Of a stretch of DNA of 64,000 bases, positions 27,603 through 36,716 are shown in pieces. The stretch is from a virus, in the UHGV virus genome UHGV-1372088. The stretch is one strand, 5' to 3'. The notes beneath the pieces were generated by a model, which was not told where the DNA came from, did not search any database, and saw only the letters and a program-made list of their open reading frames with translations. The translations under genes and the position numbers were made by a program. Position 1 is the stretch's first letter, and each line of letters starts with the position of its first letter.

Positions 27603-27962
27603 ATGGAACGCTTCCACTACTTCACCACTCGCAACGCGGAAAAGACTTCTTTCACTGCGATCATCACCACGCCTGTCGATGGCCAGAACGAGTTTTACGT
27701 CGCCCACGACTTGTCTAACGTGCTGGCGATGGTCAACACGTATGGGGAAGGAGATTTCGGAACTATCCGCGTACACAATGCGGAGAAGCTCGCCCTGGTG
27801 GACTTTGACACCAGCATCGACTATCTGGCCAAAGACGCTGTGCGCATGTCAAAAGAGTACGACAATGGCGCCTCTGGTGACTTCGCTTTCAAGATGTCGG
27901 ACGACGCTCGTTTCGTTGAAGAAGAAGACGTGACTTTCTACATGGACCTGGATTCCATCTAA
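27603..27962 (+). CDS. hypothetical protein (120 aa), start moved to MERFHYF
   Basis: ATG positioned 30 bp after the extended -10, with SD GAGAGAGA. Confidence 0.4.
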   Translation: MERFHYFTTRNAEKTSFTAIITTPVDGQNEFYVAHDLSNVLAMVNTYGEGDFGTIRVHNAEKLALVDFDTSIDYLAKDAVRMSKEYDNGASGDFAFKMSDDARFVEEEDVTFYMDLDSI

Positions 27963-28154
27963 ACAAGGCGCTGGTGGACACCCACCAGCCTTTCCTTCCG
28001 CTCCCACGCCGACGGCCCAATGCATCCCATCCTTCCCTTCGGGGTGATGATAAGTATCCATTTACCTACACAAAACGCTATTGTGCCTGCCCAGCGCTGG
28101 TAATATACATCCCATCGAGAGAAGAGACTCTCACCCAAACAGAGGAACGAAACG

Positions 28155-28448
28155 ATGGCCAACATCTCTTTTATGCGTAAGCTGGAGCAACATGCTCGAC
28201 ACGATCGCGCTGGCTTCAGGATGAAGGGAAAGGAAGTCCTGCTTGCCATGTCAGTGAATGACTTCGCCATCGAAATGTTCCGTGAAACGCTCGTTGATCA
28301 GCTTGGTGAATCCAGACAGCGCCTGGTTGTAGAGCAACGCTCCCGCATCTCTGACGTGGGTTACAAGACAGTGCAACGTCTGTTCCCCAATGACCAACTG
28401 ACCGCAGCACACAACGCTGTGACCGCTTTAATGGCGACGCATCACTAG
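28155..28448 (+). CDS. hypothetical protein (97 aa)
   Basis: SD AGAGGAACGAAACG before the ATG. Confidence 0.4.
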   Translation: MANISFMRKLEQHARHDRAGFRMKGKEVLLAMSVNDFAIEMFRETLVDQLGESRQRLVVEQRSRISDVGYKTVQRLFPNDQLTAAHNAVTALMATHH

Positions 28449-28487
28449 TCGCTACTGAATAACCATGTGCTTTGCTGAATTTCCAGC

Positions 28488-28516
28488 AGCCCCGAAGAAA
28501 TGCGGGGCTTTTTTTA
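28488..28516 (+). terminator. rho-independent terminator
   Basis: AGCCCCG-AAGAAATG-CGGGGCT followed by TTTTTTT. Confidence 0.75.
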
Positions 28517-28572
28517 TTGTATGCATCAACATACAAGGTTAGTATTGTCGGGCTCAACAACATGGAGGATTT

Positions 28573-29007
28573 ATGAGCCTAACTCGTAACGATATGGTCT
28601 ATGACCTGTACTACGCTTCAAACACCGACCCAATGACCGCAGATCGCACCGCCACGCTGACCATTCAGCTGCGCGACGAAGCGGGAGCCACCAAACTGAC
28701 CACCCAGCTGTCCCGTACCATCGTCCGTGCGACCAAAGCGAAAGTCTACGCCGTAGGGCAGCAGATGATCGTTGCCGGCGATGACGCTCTGCTGGTGGCC
28801 ACCGAAGCATACCTGCGTAAAGATACCGCCAGTCTGACCGAAGATCTGATTTCCAAGGTGATGGACTTCATCGAGGGGAATATGGGCGCAGGAAGCACCT
28901 GGATGGGCGTCTACGGGATGAAAATCTTCTCAGGCGAACAACTTTCCGCACTGCTGCCGGCCAGCGTCCTGGATACCGACGGCACTGCGACCAAAGCCAC
29001 CGCTTAA
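28573..29007 (+). CDS. hypothetical protein (144 aa)
   Basis: SD GGAGGA before the ATG. Followed by a terminator at 29028. Confidence 0.45.
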   Translation: MSLTRNDMVYDLYYASNTDPMTADRTATLTIQLRDEAGATKLTTQLSRTIVRATKAKVYAVGQQMIVAGDDALLVATEAYLRKDTASLTEDLISKVMDFIEGNMGAGSTWMGVYGMKIFSGEQLSALLPASVLDTDGTATKATA

Positions 29008-29027
29008 TAGCCGTTAAGCAACCTGCC

Positions 29028-29056
29028 AAAGCCACGCAAGCCGTGGCTTTTTTCTT
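29028..29056 (+). terminator. rho-independent terminator
   Basis: AAAGCCACG-CAAG-CCGTGGCTTT followed by TTTTCTT. Confidence 0.7.
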
Positions 29057-29141
29057 GACACCATCCAGATACCCTCCGGCTACCGCCAGGCAAAATACCA
29101 CCCAAATCGCCTCCGGCACCGCGCACCTTGTTCATAACGCC

Positions 29142-29181
29142 GTAAACAACTTGTTTCCTGCCTATCTCAGTCTGGGATAAT
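29142..29181. promoter_or_regulatory. class-A operator/promoter: GTAAACAACTTGTTTCC...TGGGATAATC
   Basis: Directly read. Confidence 0.55.
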
Positions 29182-29218
29182 CATTCCATCAAAACGAAAC
29201 ACACAAAAATAAAAGGAA

Positions 29219-29497
29219 ATGCACATGAATCTCGTAAACCAAATCATCTCCCCGCTCGTCAGCTTCTTCGACCTTCCAGCTGCGGAACAAGCCGACTTCG
29301 ACTTTATCGAAGAAAGCGATCGCTCGTCACAAGCCTTCTTCCTGTATCAAGACAGCCACTGGTATGTGGGCGACTTCCTTAAAGACTCCGCACCGGAAGG
29401 ATGGGACGCCGCGATGGGAACTTCTGCTTTCTCCGCCGTGGTTATCAAGCTCACCGATGACTTCGAAGGCGTCCACGTCGCAACCGCTCTTAACTGA
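29219..29497 (+). CDS. hypothetical acidic protein (92 aa)
   Basis: Follows a class-A promoter. Confidence 0.4.
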   Translation: MHMNLVNQIISPLVSFFDLPAAEQADFDFIEESDRSSQAFFLYQDSHWYVGDFLKDSAPEGWDAAMGTSAFSAVVIKLTDDFEGVHVATALN

Positions 29498-29514
29498 TAC
29501 AGAAGGAATGCGCC

Positions 29515-29718
29515 GTGAGCGAAATTAATAATCCAGAAACTGAGGCGTTCTGTAAGGAGATCGCCCCACGATACAAAGCCGCTCGTTCCGCCGTCTCAGA
29601 CGACATGAGAACGCAGGTAAGAACAGAACTTGATACCTGGGCCAACGACCGCAAACTGAAGCGGTGGGAAGTGATCGTCGTCATCGACCGAATCCACCAA
29701 ATCGCCTCCACGCTGTAG
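29515..29718 (+). CDS. hypothetical protein (67 aa)
   Basis: Short ORF 18 bp after the preceding gene. Confidence 0.35.
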   Translation: MSEINNPETEAFCKEIAPRYKAARSAVSDDMRTQVRTELDTWANDRKLKRWEVIVVIDRIHQIASTL

Positions 29719-30225
29719 AGAACGAGCCACCGCTTCTGGTGGCCTAAATCACATCCGCCGCAGGGACGGTCCGGTAAAACGGTCAGGGTTCGCCGTAGGG
29801 GATCGCCCAGGAAACGGCTGAAGAAACGGGAGCACGGTTTTTTCGGGAAACGGCTGGCTTTTTACATGTACCGGGCGGCTAATCGTCGGTGGGGTGGTGC
29901 CGCTCTTGCGTCGGGAGGGGCGTCGGGAGCTTGGTCGCCGCTTGGGGGTGAGATAGCGGACCTCCATCCAGATGGCTGGAAAAATGCTTCGACTGCTAAT
30001 CAATCGCAGATCATTGGCGAGCGGATACAGTATCACGGATCGCCACGCTGTAAACCATGCCCGGAGAATAAGAGACGACGATAAAACGCAATATGAGCCA
30101 TTCTAAGCGCGTCAATTGCATGAGTGTTACCAGTGTATGGCGTGTCTCTTTTAAAGCGCTTACAGTCGATTCTATGCGTTATTTTGCATGGCAATTCTGC
30201 GATATCTGGCATATCGTTTACGCCA

Positions 30226-30251
30226 ACAAAAAAGCGCCCAATTGTGGGCGC
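30226..30251 (-). terminator. rho-independent terminator for minus-strand transcription
   Basis: Perfect hairpin GCGCCCA-ATTG-TGGGCGC preceded on the + strand by AAAAAA (a T-run on the minus strand). A near-identical copy lies at 30309-30331. Confidence 0.7.
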
Positions 30252-30308
30252 TGTGTGACGTTGTGAACGTGGGAATGTTGGGACGTGGAGCGATGGAAGC
30301 CAGAAACG

Positions 30309-30331
30309 AAAAAAGCGCCCATAGTGGGCGC
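30309..30331 (-). terminator. rho-independent terminator for minus-strand transcription (second tandem copy)
   Basis: GCGCCCA-TAG-TGGGCGC with a flanking A-run on the + strand. Confidence 0.7.
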
Positions 30332-30349
30332 TGAATTGCTTGTCTGTGG

Positions 30350-30544
30350 TTAGCTGTTTATCAGCTTGCCCATTATGTTGCACAACGTCATATAGCGTTT
30401 TTTCTTCTCAGTTAGATACCCATCGCAACAATCAAAGAAAGTTAAATTCATTGAATCCGCTTCATTCTTTAAAACGTCGTAAAGCTCTTTTTTAAACTCG
30501 TTATATTTGGCGCGACGTTCTGAAAGATATTTTTGTTTAGTCAT
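30350..30544 (-). CDS. hypothetical small Cys-containing protein (64 aa) in a low-GC island
   Basis: AT-rich codon usage unlike the rest of the window. Contains FFDCCDGY. Confidence 0.35.
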   Translation of the reverse strand: MTKQKYLSERRAKYNEFKKELYDVLKNEADSMNLTFFDCCDGYLTEKKKRYMTLCNIMGKLINS

Positions 30545-30565
30545 TTTGAAATGCTCAATTAAAAG

Positions 30566-30596
30566 GATTTAAAAACGCGCCCACTATGGAGCGCGT
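30566..30596 (-). terminator. rho-independent terminator (minus strand) between the two island genes
   Basis: AACGCGC-(10 nt)-GCGCGTT with a flanking A-run on the + strand. Confidence 0.55.
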
Positions 30597-30608
30597 TATA
30601 TTTACAAA

Positions 30609-31280
30609 TTACGCTGAAAAAGATTCTTTCAGATAATTGTAAAAATCGTTTTTAATAAAGCGATACTGTAAGGAGCCATTTTTGACAACTCCGCTTCCTT
30701 TCACTTTCTCAATCAAACCCAGACGTTCAAACAAGCAAGTCAACTGGTTAACTTGCGTATAGCCAGCGTCCAGCTTCAAAGTGCTGTTAGCGTCCGCGTC
30801 AATGATAGACTGTTTGACTGCATTCATTTCATTCAGCAGATGTTTAAGCGTGAAAACTTCCATTTCATCCGCGATCAAATCAGTCATAAGGAAGACACGC
30901 GAAGCGCTTTTATCAGCCAGTGAATATTGGCATTTTCCTTTTGCGATGGATGAAACTAAATAAACCAATTTTTCCAAGCTATAGGAGTTTTCCATTGCTT
31001 CACGGAATAACAGTTCTGGATCTTGTTTAGTCGCTTTAATGACAAAATAAAACACGCCAGAAAGTTTTGCATCATTCAACGCGCCAACAATGTGATTATT
31101 AAACCAGTTCATTTTGGTGAATGCAGCTTTAAGATCCGCAGTATCTTTCTTGGTCACGTTGCCATTGGCGCGTTTTGATTCCATTGCTTCGGATAAGATG
31201 GAATATACAGATTCCAGATCAGCGGAAACAACCATTGCAGCGGAAAGAATGGATGATTTAGAAATGTTAGAAGTAGTCAT
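30609..31280 (-). CDS. protein with C-terminal winged-helix DNA-binding domain (223 aa) in a low-GC island
   Basis: C-terminal TQVNQLTCLFERLGLIEKVKGSGVVKNGSLQYRF looks like a wHTH. GC is roughly 38-40% against roughly 50% for the genome. Own AT-rich upstream region with the direct repeat TTAATATATTCCGCTCGG x2 at 31508-31557. Confidence 0.5.
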   Translation of the reverse strand: MTTSNISKSSILSAAMVVSADLESVYSILSEAMESKRANGNVTKKDTADLKAAFTKMNWFNNHIVGALNDAKLSGVFYFVIKATKQDPELLFREAMENSYSLEKLVYLVSSIAKGKCQYSLADKSASRVFLMTDLIADEMEVFTLKHLLNEMNAVKQSIIDADANSTLKLDAGYTQVNQLTCLFERLGLIEKVKGSGVVKNGSLQYRFIKNDFYNYLKESFSA

Positions 31281-31642
31281 TATTTAATTCCTTATTTAAG
31301 TGTATCGCAATTGATACTGTTTTTTTTGTTTTCGCCATCGTTCTGGCTTGAGATAAGAATATGCTCAAGTGATGAAACTGGCAAGCGTTTTTTTAAAAAA
31401 AAAGAAAATAATTTTGTCTATATAGAAAATGAAAGTCTTAGGTTTTTTGCGTCATACTAGGAAGGTGTAGGTTTAATAAATTCCCTTCCGGTAGGTTGAC
31501 CCTTATATATTTAATATATTCCGCTCGGCCGCTCGTTAATATATTCCGCTCGGTAGCTCAGACAAATAAAAAGCGGCGAGAGTGACCATGAAAAATACCG
31601 ACCGCTCTTACCGCTCACACCCCTTATACTTTCGCTGGACGG

Positions 31643-32146
31643 TTAACCAACCACCTCGATGCTCGTCACCCAATCGAAGAACACTTCAACCTTGCCTTCC
31701 ATACCATTTAGGTTGTCCAACCCGACTGACCATCTGTTCAACCCGGCGACCCGCCCGGCATACTGGCGACCGGTGACGGTTGTGACCCTTATAGTTTGCT
31801 CGGCTAGTCCGGCCGCCTTACATACTTCGAAGTAGTCTGCCGATGGGGTAGGGTGTGGCGGCTGCTCCGATATCTTAATCGCCACCCTGCCTTCTGGGAG
31901 TACACTACGTTCCACAAAATGCCGACTCTCGATGGCGACAATATTAGTCACTGACGTGATATATCTACGTCCATCAAAGTCACCAAGATTTCCAATCTCA
32001 ACCTTGCCTGGGGCTCTCTTTAAATTGAGAATGTTATGAATCAACTCCTGACCTGACGCGAAATTAATCTGACACGGTCGCTTACTGTTTTTAAAGAAGG
32101 CGAGGTTGTCCATCACTTCGTCTATATATTCTTTGGTTAGTGACAT
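31643..32146 (-). CDS. hypothetical protein (167 aa)
   Basis: Last gene of the minus-strand helicase operon. Confidence 0.45.
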   Translation of the reverse strand: MSLTKEYIDEVMDNLAFFKNSKRPCQINFASGQELIHNILNLKRAPGKVEIGNLGDFDGRRYITSVTNIVAIESRHFVERSVLPEGRVAIKISEQPPHPTPSADYFEVCKAAGLAEQTIRVTTVTGRQYAGRVAGLNRWSVGLDNLNGMEGKVEVFFDWVTSIEVVG

Positions 32147-32238
32147 GGGTAAATTCTCTTATTCGCTTTTGATGGCTCTTATACTAACAACACTGAAACG
32201 GTTTTCACCAAAAGGAAAAAGGGCTCTCGCCCTTTCCT

Positions 32239-32520
32239 TTAGTCCAAATCATCCGGTTCGTACATCGACTCGATATCGGCAATCGTCAGACTGGACGACT
32301 TGATCAACTCAAGCCTTCGTTGTCTTCGCGCTCTCTCGATGCGAACACTGTTAACGGCTTTAGCCATATCCTCGGCGGTCATACACTCCAGAAGGAAGTT
32401 GAGCGTCTGCGCCTTACTCATAGATAGTCCGTTCTCGGCAAGGCTCGCTCGTATTTTTTCCAGTCTGGCGTTTGCTTGCTGTGAAAGCTTTACCTGACAG
32501 GCTATTGGTTTGTCCGACAT
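32239..32520 (-). CDS. hypothetical protein (93 aa), possible small DNA-binding protein
   Basis: Its start codon abuts the helicase stop (translational coupling). Basic C-terminal stretch RIERARRQRRLE. Confidence 0.4.
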   Translation of the reverse strand: MSDKPIACQVKLSQQANARLEKIRASLAENGLSMSKAQTLNFLLECMTAEDMAKAVNSVRIERARRQRRLELIKSSSLTIADIESMYEPDDLD

Positions 32521-34113
32521 TTACTGTTCCCCCCGTAATATCGAATCAAATTTAAATTGCTGGTTTGTTGGCTGTATGCCTTCTGCAAAACCAGGCGTAG
32601 ACTCCACTATCGTTTTTCTCTCCATTGAGTGCTGGAGTAGATTTTTATGAAAACCGTCTACAAAATCGGTTATGAAGCAGACATTGGCCTTTCCTTTTTT
32701 TGCTCGTAACCCGCGACCGACACGCTGACGAAACTCAACTTCGGCCTTCCCGCCACCGGCAATTATCACTGCTCCGACGCTCGGCACATCGACACCAACG
32801 TCGAGGATTGTCGAACCCACCAGCACATCAATCTCACCTACTGCCAGACTTTTTAGCTTCTTCTTGCGAACATCATGGCTGGACTTGCCGTTGATGAAGT
32901 CGCAGCGAATGCCTTGCTCACGCATCATTTCGACAAGGATCTGCCCGTGGCGTTCAATCCTAACAAGAGTCATGCAGTTCAACCCTTGCTTTTTGTAGCT
33001 TAAAGCACTAGAAACAATCAGTTTATTACGTGCGAGATTGTATGTAACCCCAAGTTGGTACGCTTTCTGGTAGGGGTCACGAACATTAAGACGAAAATTG
33101 ATGAATTTATCAGCTTTCTCTTTGTTCAGACGGATCTCATCTGGCACGTAGGTCGAATTGTGATATTGAAAATACGGTTTTGCAAGGATGCCGCGATCAA
33201 TTAGATACTTTTCAGTCACTTTGATCTCAATACGACCAGAAACAGCCATTAGGCGCATATTTGCCTCTGTACTGTCCTTCATGAAGGGGGTCGCTGTCAG
33301 TGCAAGTCGGTAGTCAGCGTTCTTGCACAACTTTGCAATATCGTTAAAGCTGTTCCCGGACGACTCATGCGCCTCTTCAAGTATGAGAAGAGTTACATTT
33401 TCGAGGAACTCACGCATTTTCTGACGCCTAGCCATCTGTTTTTTATATTTTGCCGGCTCCAGACTCTTGGATGGCTCGGCCAGCCAGCTGGAGATGGTCT
33501 GCACCGTGGCAACGTTGATGTATCGTGACGGTTTAAATTCGCCAGCTCCGACGACACCAACCTTCTGACCTTTTAAATTCGGCTCCCCATGTGCGGCGCG
33601 GTAGTCGATTGAATCCTGAAAGGCGTCTGCCATCTGGAACATGAGAAGACTTCGAGTGGTCAGGAATAGCGTCATACGGTTGATTCGCGCCGCCGCTTTA
33701 CATGCGACCTGTGACTTTCCGCCACCGGTAGCGATTTGCGCGATCATCCCACCAGACTTAACCATACGCTCAACCGTCTCATCCTGATAGGCGTAGTGCG
33801 GATTAGGTGGGAAGTTGTTGATGATCGGTTTGGCTTTCCCAAGCGGCTCAACCATTGGCTTGCGAAGGTAGGTGCATTCGATGCCTTTGTTTTTCAGGTT
33901 GTTGGCGATGGAACGCGCGAATCCAGCCGGGAAGGAGTTGGTGCTCCATGAGAACATGGTCGACGTACCCTGCCAGCCGCCACCGCCATACGGACTGTAA
34001 GCGCCTTCTTCGACCTGATAGCTCAGCATATCCTGAATCATCTTTCTAACGTCATCCCCAGCACCGCCGACGACAGCGTTCACGGCGTCACAAACAATTC
34101 TGACCATTGTCAA
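32521..34113 (-). CDS. superfamily-2 DNA/RNA helicase (DEAD/DEAH-like, ResIII-type)
   Basis: Motif I ATGGGKS. Motif II ILEEAH. Motif III LTATP. Motif VI QRVGRGLRAKK. An unassigned N-terminal extension of about 130 aa. Confidence 0.75.
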   Translation of the reverse strand: MTMVRIVCDAVNAVVGGAGDDVRKMIQDMLSYQVEEGAYSPYGGGGWQGTSTMFSWSTNSFPAGFARSIANNLKNKGIECTYLRKPMVEPLGKAKPIINNFPPNPHYAYQDETVERMVKSGGMIAQIATGGGKSQVACKAAARINRMTLFLTTRSLLMFQMADAFQDSIDYRAAHGEPNLKGQKVGVVGAGEFKPSRYINVATVQTISSWLAEPSKSLEPAKYKKQMARRQKMREFLENVTLLILEEAHESSGNSFNDIAKLCKNADYRLALTATPFMKDSTEANMRLMAVSGRIEIKVTEKYLIDRGILAKPYFQYHNSTYVPDEIRLNKEKADKFINFRLNVRDPYQKAYQLGVTYNLARNKLIVSSALSYKKQGLNCMTLVRIERHGQILVEMMREQGIRCDFINGKSSHDVRKKKLKSLAVGEIDVLVGSTILDVGVDVPSVGAVIIAGGGKAEVEFRQRVGRGLRAKKGKANVCFITDFVDGFHKNLLQHSMERKTIVESTPGFAEGIQPTNQQFKFDSILRGEQ

Positions 34114-34142
34114 TTTCCTTTTAGGTTTCTTTGTGTTAAAGC

Positions 34143-34170
34143 GTATGTATAATATGTAAATGGATACTTA
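34143..34170. promoter_or_regulatory. divergent promoter region with a class-B motif (TATGTATAATATGTAAATGGATAC)
   Basis: 74-bp gap between the minus-strand helicase operon and the plus-strand ParB-like operon. Contains TATAAT. Confidence 0.5.
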
Positions 34171-34187
34171 AAGGATTATATCAGGAT

Positions 34188-34880
34188 ATGGACATCGAAC
34201 TTAAATTTTTGACGGTTGGCGTCGGCTTGCTCCGGCCCAATCCGTGGAACACGAACACCGTTGGCGCGGCCAATTTTGAGAAGCTGAAAACCTCTATCGA
34301 CCGTCTGGGTTTCTTTAAGCCCGTGCTGGTTCGTGAAGTAGCCGGCGGCTTTTACGAAATCCTTGGTGGCGAACATCGCTGGCGAGCAGCTGTTGAACAA
34401 GGTCGCGAAACTATTGCCATTAACTCGGTGGGCAAGATTGATGACGTTCTGGCTAAGCAAATGTCGCTCGTTGACAACGAACGCTACGGCGAAGACGACG
34501 ATCTGGCACTGCAACGCCTAATCGAAGAGCTCCAGACCTCTCTGGATTACAACTTTTCTGAAATCATCCCAATCGACGACGAGCTGCTGGCCACCGTCTC
34601 TCGCGAAAGCGCTGCCGACTTCGAAAAACTCGAAGAGCTGCTGGCGGAATCTGACGAAGAGGAACTTCCGAAAGACCCGCGCGAGAAGAAAGAGCGTCTG
34701 GGTGTAGACCACCAGACCATGCGCTTCAAGGTCAGCTACGACGTGGCGGAGTCGGTCACCACCATCATCAACCGCATCATCGCGGAGCAGGAAATCAACA
34801 CAGGCAATGAGTCAGAAGACGCAGGGGAAGCGTTGGTGTGGCTTTGCGATCACTACAAGGACGTAACCGATGAAAAATGA
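34188..34880 (+). CDS. ParB/sulfiredoxin-like N-terminal domain protein
   Basis: LLRPNPWNTN...EILGGEHRWRAA matches the ParB-N box (GxxRxxA). Confidence 0.6.
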   Translation: MDIELKFLTVGVGLLRPNPWNTNTVGAANFEKLKTSIDRLGFFKPVLVREVAGGFYEILGGEHRWRAAVEQGRETIAINSVGKIDDVLAKQMSLVDNERYGEDDDLALQRLIEELQTSLDYNFSEIIPIDDELLATVSRESAADFEKLEELLAESDEEELPKDPREKKERLGVDHQTMRFKVSYDVAESVTTIINRIIAEQEINTGNESEDAGEALVWLCDHYKDVTDEK

Positions 34881-35541
34881 GTTCAAAATCGAGTATCTGG
34901 ACCCCAGGACACTCGTGCCTTACGAAGAAAACGCCAAAATCCACGATGAGCAGCAGATCGCGGACCTGGTTAAAGCCATTCAGAAGCGCGGGTTTGACCA
35001 GCCGATCACGGTAGATGCCAAAATGGTCATCATTACCGGCCACGGTCGTCGCGAGGCTGCAATTCAGGCCGGAATGAAGACGGTCCCGGTGATTGTCCGT
35101 CGCGATCTGTCCGAGGAAGAGACGCGAGCGAAGCGCCTTGAAGATAACCGGCTGGCCAGCACCGATTACGACTCCCTGAAGCTGCAACGTGAGCTGAAAG
35201 AGCTGATTGACGTCGAAATTGACGTATTCGGCTTCTCTGATCGTGAGCTTTCCGTGCTGGTCGAGGATATGACCCGCGATATGGACGTTGACAGCCTGGT
35301 CAGCGATCTGGCAACCGAATCTGAGCGCCAGCGCGAAGAGCACGAAGAGATTAGCTCGACGGTGGCCGCCGGCACTGCGCGTATTACCGACGTTCTGGGC
35401 TTCAAAGAGATCCCCATGAGCGAGGCAATCACTGTCGGAGACCTGATGGCCTACATGGAGGACCAGACCGGTGAGTTCGGCGTCAGCGCCTTCATTGCTT
35501 TTGCTCGCCAGATCAGCGCCGAGATGAATGCCGATGAGTAA
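34870..35541 (+). CDS. second ParB-like domain protein
   Basis: LVPYEENAKIH...IITGHGRREAA, a ParB-N-like box. Overlaps the upstream gene. Confidence 0.5.
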   Translation: MKNEFKIEYLDPRTLVPYEENAKIHDEQQIADLVKAIQKRGFDQPITVDAKMVIITGHGRREAAIQAGMKTVPVIVRRDLSEEETRAKRLEDNRLASTDYDSLKLQRELKELIDVEIDVFGFSDRELSVLVEDMTRDMDVDSLVSDLATESERQREEHEEISSTVAAGTARITDVLGFKEIPMSEAITVGDLMAYMEDQTGEFGVSAFIAFARQISAEMNADE

Positions 35542-36178
35542 TTACAACATCAACGTCGCATTCAAGACGCGCGTCAACAAGACCGTTCGAACGCTGGAGA
35601 TCGCCGAGTCCTTTGGGCTCGGCCTCGACGAAAAAGAGTGGGTTCTCTACGACAACCTGGAGCTGAACATCGACCAGGGCGACGTCGTGTACGTTACCGG
35701 TCAGTCCGGCTCCGGCAAATCCGTTGTTCTGCGTGAGCTGCAAAAGCTGATGGCGGCGGAAGGCAAGTCTGTTGCATCCATCGACCAGTTTACCTTTGAG
35801 GACGACAAGAACGTCATCGACCAGATCGGGAAGACCACCAGCGATGCGCTGGGGCTGCTTTCTATGGCTGGGCTGAATGATGCCTATCTGTTCGTCAGAA
35901 AGCCGTCAGAGATGTCTGATGGCCAGAAATACCGTCTCAAAATCGCAAAGCTGATTGAGTCCGGCGCTGATGTCTGGGTGGCCGATGAATTTGGCGCGGT
36001 TCTGGATCGTGTGACGGCGCAGGTTGTGGCATCAAACCTTCAACGAGCGGCAAGGAAAGTGGGGGCAACCGTCATTGTGGCGACGACCCACGAGGATTTG
36101 GTCAATGCGCTGCGGCCGTCAGTGCAGATCACCAAGCACTTCAAGGAACGAGTGAAGGTGGACTATGAAGTTAAGTGA
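35528..36178 (+). CDS. small ABC-type ATPase
   Basis: Walker A GQSGSGKS. ABC signature-like MSDGQKYRL. Walker B VWVADEFGAVLD. H-loop VATTHE. Confidence 0.55.
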   Translation: MPMSNYNINVAFKTRVNKTVRTLEIAESFGLGLDEKEWVLYDNLELNIDQGDVVYVTGQSGSGKSVVLRELQKLMAAEGKSVASIDQFTFEDDKNVIDQIGKTTSDALGLLSMAGLNDAYLFVRKPSEMSDGQKYRLKIAKLIESGADVWVADEFGAVLDRVTAQVVASNLQRAARKVGATVIVATTHEDLVNALRPSVQITKHFKERVKVDYEVK

Positions 36179-36716
36179 TTTGAAAGAGTTCCCAATTCTC
36201 GGCGCACGAGATCAGCGCGAGCTGGTGGACGAAGAGACGTGGAAGGCGTGGATGCGTTCAAAAGGGGCGTATGTGGCCAAGATTGCCCCGTACAACTCCC
36301 GCTTTGCCGTGATGTTTGGTGAAGAGAATTACGTCAACGTCTGCCGTGACCTGTTCTCGCTGGAGATGTCCCAACACATGGAGGGCGCCGGCGGTCTTGT
36401 CACGGTTCCCGGCATGGTCGATTTCGACTACATGCTGCATACCGTGTTCCTGCCGGAAAAATACGATGCGGTGGTTTACTGGCACGAGGCGCTACACCTG
36501 GCGCTGTTTGCGTGTGAAGTGTTCGGCATTAACCCGCTGGAGCAGGAAGCCGTGACCTATCTGCAAGGCCAGATTGTCAAGGATATGGTCTATGCCCGTG
36601 AGCAGTATGTCGCGGACAAGAAGCAGCCCAAGATGGAGGATGAGCCGCCACCGAAGAGTAACCGCAAGCCAAAGGTCGTTGAGACTGAAAAACTGAAGGT
36701 CTGGAGAAAGCAATAA
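36165..36716 (+). CDS. putative HExxH zinc metallopeptidase (183 aa)
   Basis: HEALH motif (VYWHEALHLALF) in a small protein. Confidence 0.4.
   Translation: MKLSDLKEFPILGARDQRELVDEETWKAWMRSKGAYVAKIAPYNSRFAVMFGEENYVNVCRDLFSLEMSQHMEGAGGLVTVPGMVDFDYMLHTVFLPEKYDAVVYWHEALHLALFACEVFGINPLEQEAVTYLQGQIVKDMVYAREQYVADKKQPKMEDEPPPKSNRKPKVVETEKLKVWRKQ

Noticed and set aside
34176-34514. 112-aa minus-strand ORF overlapping the start of the first ParB-like gene
   Set aside because: Overlaps the divergent promoter region and a well-supported + strand gene. No RBS.
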